64,000 bases of DNA from the human T2T-CHM13v2.0 reference genome, Homo sapiens: NCBI RefSeq assembly GCF_009914755.1, contig NC_060927.1; one strand, 5' to 3'. A program made the translations under genes and the position numbers. The notes below the pieces were generated by a model that was not told the DNA's origin, did not search any database, and was given only the letters and a program-made list of their open reading frames with translations. Shown here one piece after another: positions 56,691-64,000 of this stretch (its first letter is position 1; every line of letters starts with the position of its first letter).

Positions 56691-57334
56691 TGTTATTTTC
56701 ATAGTTAATTAAAACTCAACAAAAAGGCAACATGTATATTTTTTAAACCAGAAAATACTCACTGTAGATGGTCAGTTTATCCTAACATGGAGATTTAGAA
56801 ACAGCTTTAAACATTCTAACAAAAAGTAAATGTAATGCCTAAAATAAATCTTGAGGTGCAACAAAGAGCAGGAGTAATGTTCTTTGATACAGCATTACCA
56901 AGTGTTTTCCTTCTGTTGTAGCATCAATTTTCCAGTAAAATGTCCCTTGGAGGGGGAAAGGAGGTAATTGTGCTGTAATTTGACCAAAGAAATTTCCCTT
57001 GCGAAGAGTTTGGAGCCCCTAATGACACAGGGCTTTCCTTCCCTCTCTCAGCGGGGTTGAACCTTGAGAATTCCATTCTTTGTGGCATTCTCTGTGAAAC
57101 AACTACAAAAGAATGGCAGGAGATTTACAATAAACAAATGTTCTTTCTCTTCTTGAACATGTAAAGAAAACAAAGCCAGAATTGAGTTTTGAGACTGTTT
57201 GCAAAATGAACTCCATCCATGGAAAGACTTCATGGCTACCTCAGTGATACAACTACGTATTTTAAGAATATGGGTCTATCTCCTATTCAAAAAATAACTG
57301 CCTCGATGACCTGTATGAAATTTTTGAGTTCAGA

Positions 57335-58540
57335 TATTGCCTTCAAAAACAGTAGATGACTGCTGGCCAAATCTGGGACAATTTGAACACCAAAATTATT
57401 AAGAATAATGAATTATAAACCATTGGAAAAAATAGAAGTGTATGAGTCCCTGTTGATAAAGGAAGGAAGGGCCTAAACACCTGTGGATACACATTCAGCA
57501 ATTCAACAAATTTATGAAAACAGCTACCCATTCGGGAAAGGAGCCATTAGCAGATACTGATAGTAGAAGGGAGAAAGAACTCTTGACCACAGCAAAATGC
57601 CAAAAGCTGGCTGGTAAATATGGAGGAGTGCTGGAGTTGGAAAATCATCATTTTGCAAACATTATGTTAAAGACTAGATTTGCTTAAGAATCATCGATGA
57701 ATGCCAAATCTAGGGTGCAGAAATCTGATGAGGATGAAGATGTGTGCATGGCCTTAAACTGTATCCTCACAAATTGCTTAGTAGTTAAAGTGGAAAAAAT
57801 AGTAGATATACAGTAAGAAATCAAACATATTGACCGGGTGATCAAAATTAATATCACCAAGGAGAAGATGGACATTGTGTGCCTCCAGATGTGACACTCT
57901 GAGAAGGACACAATGTCACTTTTGTAGCATTCCAGAAATGCATATTTGGAATCTAATCATGTGGAAAAATTAGACAACCTCCAATGATAAACATTCTATT
58001 AAAATGTGTCATAAAAGACAAAGAAAAGTTACATAAGTATTCCAGATTGAAGGAGACTAAAGATATGTTACAACCAAAGACAATACCTGATCTCAATCAG
58101 GATCTTACATTACACTAGCAGAAAAATATTCAACAAAGGACATTATTGAGTCAATTGACAAAACTGGAATACAGATAGTAGATTAGATAAGAATATCACA
58201 TCAATGTTAAATTTGCTGAATTCGATAACTGTATTGTGGTTATGTAAGAGAATTTTTTTTGAAATATTTAGGAATAAAAGTTTAGGTCTTGGTTGTATGC
58301 AAGTTACTTTCAAATGGTCCAGGAAAAAAAAGTGTATATGTATGTGTGTGTGTATCTTGATACATATATATCATATATATTACATCTTTATGGGGAGGTG
58401 AGAATGATAAAAGCAAATGAGGTAATAAGCTAACAATTGTTTGAATCTATTTAAAGGATATATTGGTATTCTATGTTCTTATTCTTGCAACTTCTCTGTA
58501 AATCTGAAATTATTTTCAAATACAAGTTAAAAACAAAAAC
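57335..58540 (+). mobile_element. L1MC-type 3' fragment
   Basis: ggccaaatctgggacaatttgaacaccaaaatt...ggagttggaaaatcatcattttgcaa...ttcttgcaacttctctgtaaatctgaaattatttt. Confidence 0.8.
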
Positions 58541-58789
58541 CCCAGGCTACAGGTGAATATTATACCTGGAAAGTATACATTAACTGATTAGCAGCTCAAT
58601 TAATTTATCGAATCAGAGTTACTAATATTTAACAGGTGCCTGCTGTGTGCCAGGCTCTGTGCTCTAATTAACTTCTTCTTGATGTTTGTTTACAAACTCC
58701 TTTTAGTGTCATACTCTTCCATTTACTAAAAGAAAACAGCATATGATACATTTGAAAGAAAGCATGGTTCCATTTGCCTTTCATGGCAG

Positions 58790-58965
58790 GCGCTCTAAGT
58801 AGATTATCTCATCTGATGCCCCTCAACAGTGGGTACTGTTATTATCACCAAGTGACAGTTAAGGAAATTGAGGCACAGAGGGATTAAGCAATTTTACGAA
58901 GAATTCACAGCCAGTAAATGAAGGAGCCAGGATTTGAACTCAGGCAGTCTGGATCCAGAGCCTTA
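58790..58965 (-). mobile_element. MIR
   Basis: aggaaattgaggcacagagggattaag...ggagccaggatttgaactcaggcagtctgg. Confidence 0.82.
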
Positions 58966-59924
58966 GGCCTAAAGCAGGCTGATCAAAATGGGTCTAGAGT
59001 GGTCAGGCCCTATGAGAGATGACAGTGCTGACCAAGAATGCCAGACCAAAAGCCTGGCACCCCAGCAAGGATCTAAGTTGAAAAGGGGTCCAAAACACTT
59101 CCAGTTTTGCCTTGGATGAGTTCCAATATCATGGAAAGAAGTTCCTCTGTTATGCCTGTCATAGGAAGACTGTCTCTAATCCTGATGTTTTAGATTTTAG
59201 AAAACAGGAGTGTTCCTCATTAGTTAGCTAGTATAGTTAACATACAAACAGACAAGTTAAGCTAATAGCTGGTTATCAATCGCTCTAAAGTTGTTATTTA
59301 GCCAACTAAGCCAAGCACAGTTTTTCTAAGCTGTGGTATAAGGCTCTATGGAAACTTCTAGCCACAGATTATTTTGCTATGGTCAAATGCACAGCATAGA
59401 TTTCTCCAAATATAGACAAAGTGGAAATAGAAATCTGGAGATGTAAGAACTATTTGGCATTCTAAATAGAAGAATAGACTGAGGAAAAAAATGCTAATAG
59501 GAGAACTTTTCCTTCATTAACTAAGCAAAATAAAAAGTTTTCTGTAAAAACCATATGAAGCTACTCATCTCAGCATAATGCCAGTTACTTGATGAGTCCC
59601 TTAAACCCTATTACGAATACCTATGGGGTTTGTAGTACGTGCTATGAGATCAGGATAAAAAACATTGATCAGAGACATGGCCCTTGCCATCAGGGAGGTA
59701 AGAATCCAAAGTGTCTTCATACTGTATTAGCCTGAAACTAAACACTATTCCCTTCCCATCCTCCAGCCTCAGTCCATTCAACATGCGTTTATGAAGCCCC
59801 CCACGATGAATGTGCAGGCCCTGGGTCAAGCACTGCATACCTGTTCTCTTATTTGTTCTTCACAATCACATTGCCAGACATTGAATCCAAACTGCCCAAT
59901 CCAGAATACTCATCCTTCCCTTTG

Positions 59925-60400
59925 ATTCTTGTATTCGTTATCTATTACCACAATAATGCTACATTAAAAAAAAAAAAAAAAACTTCAGTGGCACACAGCA
60001 ATACATGTTTAAGTTTGCTCACAAATCTATGGGTCAGCTGGATGGTTCCGCTAATCTGGGCTGGGCTGAGAGATCCCAGGTGGGTGTGATGAGAGAGTGT
60101 GGTCCACTGACAGATCAACTAAGAGCTAGCTCTTCTGGGCTGGCCTCAGCTGCACTTGTCTGTCATCCTGAAGCAGGCTAGCTGGGGCTTATTTGTTTCC
60201 AAGACAGACAGCAGAAGAGTGCAAGGCCTCTTGAAGATGCAGATTCGGAATTAGCACAATGTTACTTCCCCCTCATTCAATTGGCCAAAATAAGTCATGA
60301 GGGTAGTCTAGATTCAGGAAATGAAGATGTAGACTCTACCTTTGGTTGAAAGAGCTGGATATAAGGTGAGGTGCAGCCATTTTGCAATCAATCTAGCACA
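59925..60400 (-). mobile_element. Old MLT1-type MaLR LTR
   Basis: aaacttcagtggc...tgctcacaaatctatgggtcagctgg...cattcaattggccaaaataagtcatg...gccattttgcaatcaatctagcaca. Confidence 0.65.
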
Positions 60401-60672
60401 GTCCTCATTTGCTATTTTTTCCTTTATTCACTAGATACCACCTGCCTTATCCTAGCTTTGTAAATCATTTAACTCATCTAATGAAAAATTTTGTCAGTTC
60501 CAGAATCTAGTGCAAACTTGGGTAAAGTCTGTGAATACAAACACATAATCAAAACATATCATCTTCTATGAGTACATACAATTGCTTTCCAGTCAATTGT
60601 TAACTAAAATTATTAAAAAGGAACTTCACCACAGCCTCTTTTGCCAGCTATGAGAGTCAGGCCAAATTATAA

Positions 60673-61400
<728 letters not shown>

Positions 61401-62027
61401 GAGCTATGAAGAGAAGTTCTTCCACCAAACATACAAAATCAGGATATGCAACTTATAGAGTTCCCATCTGGAAGTAATAAGAGAATGTATCAAAACATGG
61501 GCACTTCTGGTCCCCAACTTTCCTCTCACACCCCTCCAACCTCATTTTGAGAGAATAATTCACATTTTAATTTTTGATGGCCATTCCCAAATGGTATAGT
61601 TTGTTTGTTAATAATGACTTTATTGAGATACAATTCATAGACCATAAAATTCGCCCCTTTAAAGTATACAATTCTGTGATTTTTTAGGATATTCACTGTT
61701 GCATAACCATCACTACGATCTAATTCAGAATATTTTCATCATTCCAAAAAGAAACTCCGAGTTTAACAAGATTTCTTGAGATCAATATGCAAAAAATCAT
61801 TTGTATTTCTCTACACTAGCAATGAGCAATCCAAAAATAAAATTAAGAAAACAATTCCATTTACAAAAGCACAAAAAATAATAAAATATTTTGGAGTAAA
61901 TTTAACAAATTAAATGTAAGACTTGTACATTGAAAACTGCAAAACATCATTGAAATAAATTAAAGGAGACTTAAATGAAAAGACATCCCATGTGCATGGA
62001 TTGGAAGATTTAATATTGTTAAGATAA

Positions 62028-62502
62028 TGCAGTAAATAGAATAATGGTCCCCAAAAGAATTCTATGTCTAATCTCCAGAACCTGTGAATATGTTACCTTA
62101 CCTGGCAAAAGGAACTGGTAGATGTGATAAAGTTATGAAGATTATCTTGGGTTATCTACATGGACCTAATGTAATCACAAGAATCCTTATGAAGGAGACA
62201 AAAAGGTCAAAGGCAGAAGAAGGAAATGCGACAAAGAAAGCAGAGGTTGGAATGATATACTTTGCAGATGGAGGAAGGGGCTGTGAGTCAGGAAATACAG
62301 GCTGCCTCTAGAAGCTTCAAAGACAAGAAAATGAATACTCCCCTGCAGCCTCCAGAAGTACAGCCCTGCTGACACCTTTATTTTAGCCATATAAGGCACA
62401 TTTTGGTATTCTGACTCCCAGAACTGTAAGATAATAAACTTGTATTGTTTTAAACACCCAGTCTGTGAGTTTGTTACAGCAGCAGTAGGAAACTAATATA
62501 CA
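62028..62502 (+). mobile_element. MLT1D-like MaLR LTR
   Basis: agaataatggtcccc...gaacctgtgaatatgttacctta...gatggaggaagggg...cagaactgtaagataataaac...ggaaactaatataca. Confidence 0.87.
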
Positions 62503-62739
62503 TGACAATAGTTCCCAAATTAATCTACAAATTCAACACAATCCCTTGCAAAGTCCCAGCTGGCTTTTTTACAGAAATTGACAAACTGATCCTAAAATTC
62601 ATATGAAAATGAAAGGGAGAAGCCAAAACAATCCTGAAAAAAAAAAAGAAGAACGTTAAAGGATTTGCACTTTCTGATATCAATCTTATTACAAAGTTGC
62701 AGTCATCAAGACTCTGGTACTGACATAAAGAAAGACATA

Positions 62740-62843
62740 TGGGAGGCTGAGGCAGGAGAATGGGGTGAACCCGGGAGGCGGAGCTTGCAGTGAGCCAAGA
62801 TCGCACCACTGCACTCCAGCCTGGGCGACAGAGCGAGACTCTG
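62740..62843 (+). mobile_element. AluY right-arm internal fragment (no tail, no TSD)
   Basis: gggaggctgaggcaggagaatggggtgaacccgggaggcggagcttgcagtg...gagcgagactctg. Confidence 0.92.
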
Positions 62844-63397
62844 GGGATGAAAGACTCTTCTTGCTGTGCAGCCACTGTGGAAAACAGTTTGGAAAAAAAG
62901 TTAAACATGGAGTTATCTCATGCTCAACAATTCCACTCCTAGCTATATACCCAAGATAATTGAAAACATATGTCCACACAAAAATGTGTACACAAATGTT
63001 CATAACAGTATTACTCATGATAGCCAAAATGTGAAAACAACCAAAATATCCATTAAGTGCAAGCATGTCAATGAAATGTGGTCTATCCGTACAATGGAAT
63101 ATTATTCAGCCATAAAAAGACTGAAGTACTGACGCATACTACAGCATGGATGAACCTTGAAAACGTTACACTAAGTGAAAGAAACTAGACACAAAAGTTC
63201 GCATGTAATATAATTCATTTTTAATGAAATGTCTAAAATAGGCAAACTTATAGAGACAGAAAGTAGATTAGTGTTTTCTAGGGGATGGGGAGTGGGGAAT
63301 GGGGAGTGACTGGTCATGGGTTTGAGATTTCTTCTGGGGATGATGAAAATATTCTAGAATTCGATAGTGGTGGGAGCTGTACAACTTTGTGAATGTA

Positions 63398-63476
63398 TTT
63401 GATTGGTGTGAAAGTAATTGCGGTTTTGCCATTATTTTTGAAGGCAAAAATCACAATTATTTTCGCACCAATCTAA
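63398..63476. mobile_element. MADE1 (mariner MITE)
   Basis: Near-palindrome tttgattggtgtgaaagtaattgcggttttgcc...ggcaaaaatcacaattattttcgcaccaatctaa flanked by TA, inserted in the L1 3' end. Confidence 0.9.
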
Positions 63477-63679
63477 TACTAAAACTCACTAAATTATGCA
63501 CTTTAAAGGGTGAATTTTATGGTATGTGAATTACATCTGAAAACTGATGAATGAATAAATGATGTATATGCCTGAGAATGAAATTGCTGGGATATATGGT
63601 AACTCTTTAACTTTTTGAGAAACTGACAAACTTTTCCAAAGTGACTGCACCATTTTACATTCCCACCAACAATGTATGA

Positions 63680-64000
<321 letters not shown>

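Larger units (their letters stand above)
61760..63545 (+). mobile_element. L1M(B)-type ORF2/3' fragment carrying nested MLT1D, Alu fragment and MADE1
   Basis: gatcaatatgcaaaaaatca...acaattccatttacaa...ggattggaagatttaatattgttaagat...aatggaatattattcagccataaaaag. Confidence 0.88.

Overview
Primate (human or great-ape-like) genomic DNA with the promoter, CpG island and first nine coding exons of SIDT1 (SID1 transmembrane family member 1) on the + strand. I joined the exons by hand at GT-AG boundaries: 4181-4402, 37571-37692, 38691-38861, 48075-48120, 51761-51862, 52514-52597, 54562-54649, 55851-55922 and 56330-56423. They give one uninterrupted 1001-nt frame covering the signal peptide, the extracellular domain and the first transmembrane helix; the gene continues beyond the window. 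The rest is intronic or upstream sequence rich in Alu, L1, L2, MIR, MaLR/ERV LTRs, DNA-transposon relics and microsatellites. Nearly all other ORFs in the track are repeat-derived or chance frames. I see no previously undescribed biological system. The best leads are regulatory and untested: an in-frame alternative acceptor before exon 9, uORFs and cryptic splice sites in the 5' leader, Alu poison-exon candidates, circRNA-type inverted Alus around exons 2-3, and a tail-less Alu fragment bridging an L1 deletion. Repeat subfamily names and boundaries come from recall and reading by eye, so they are approximate.
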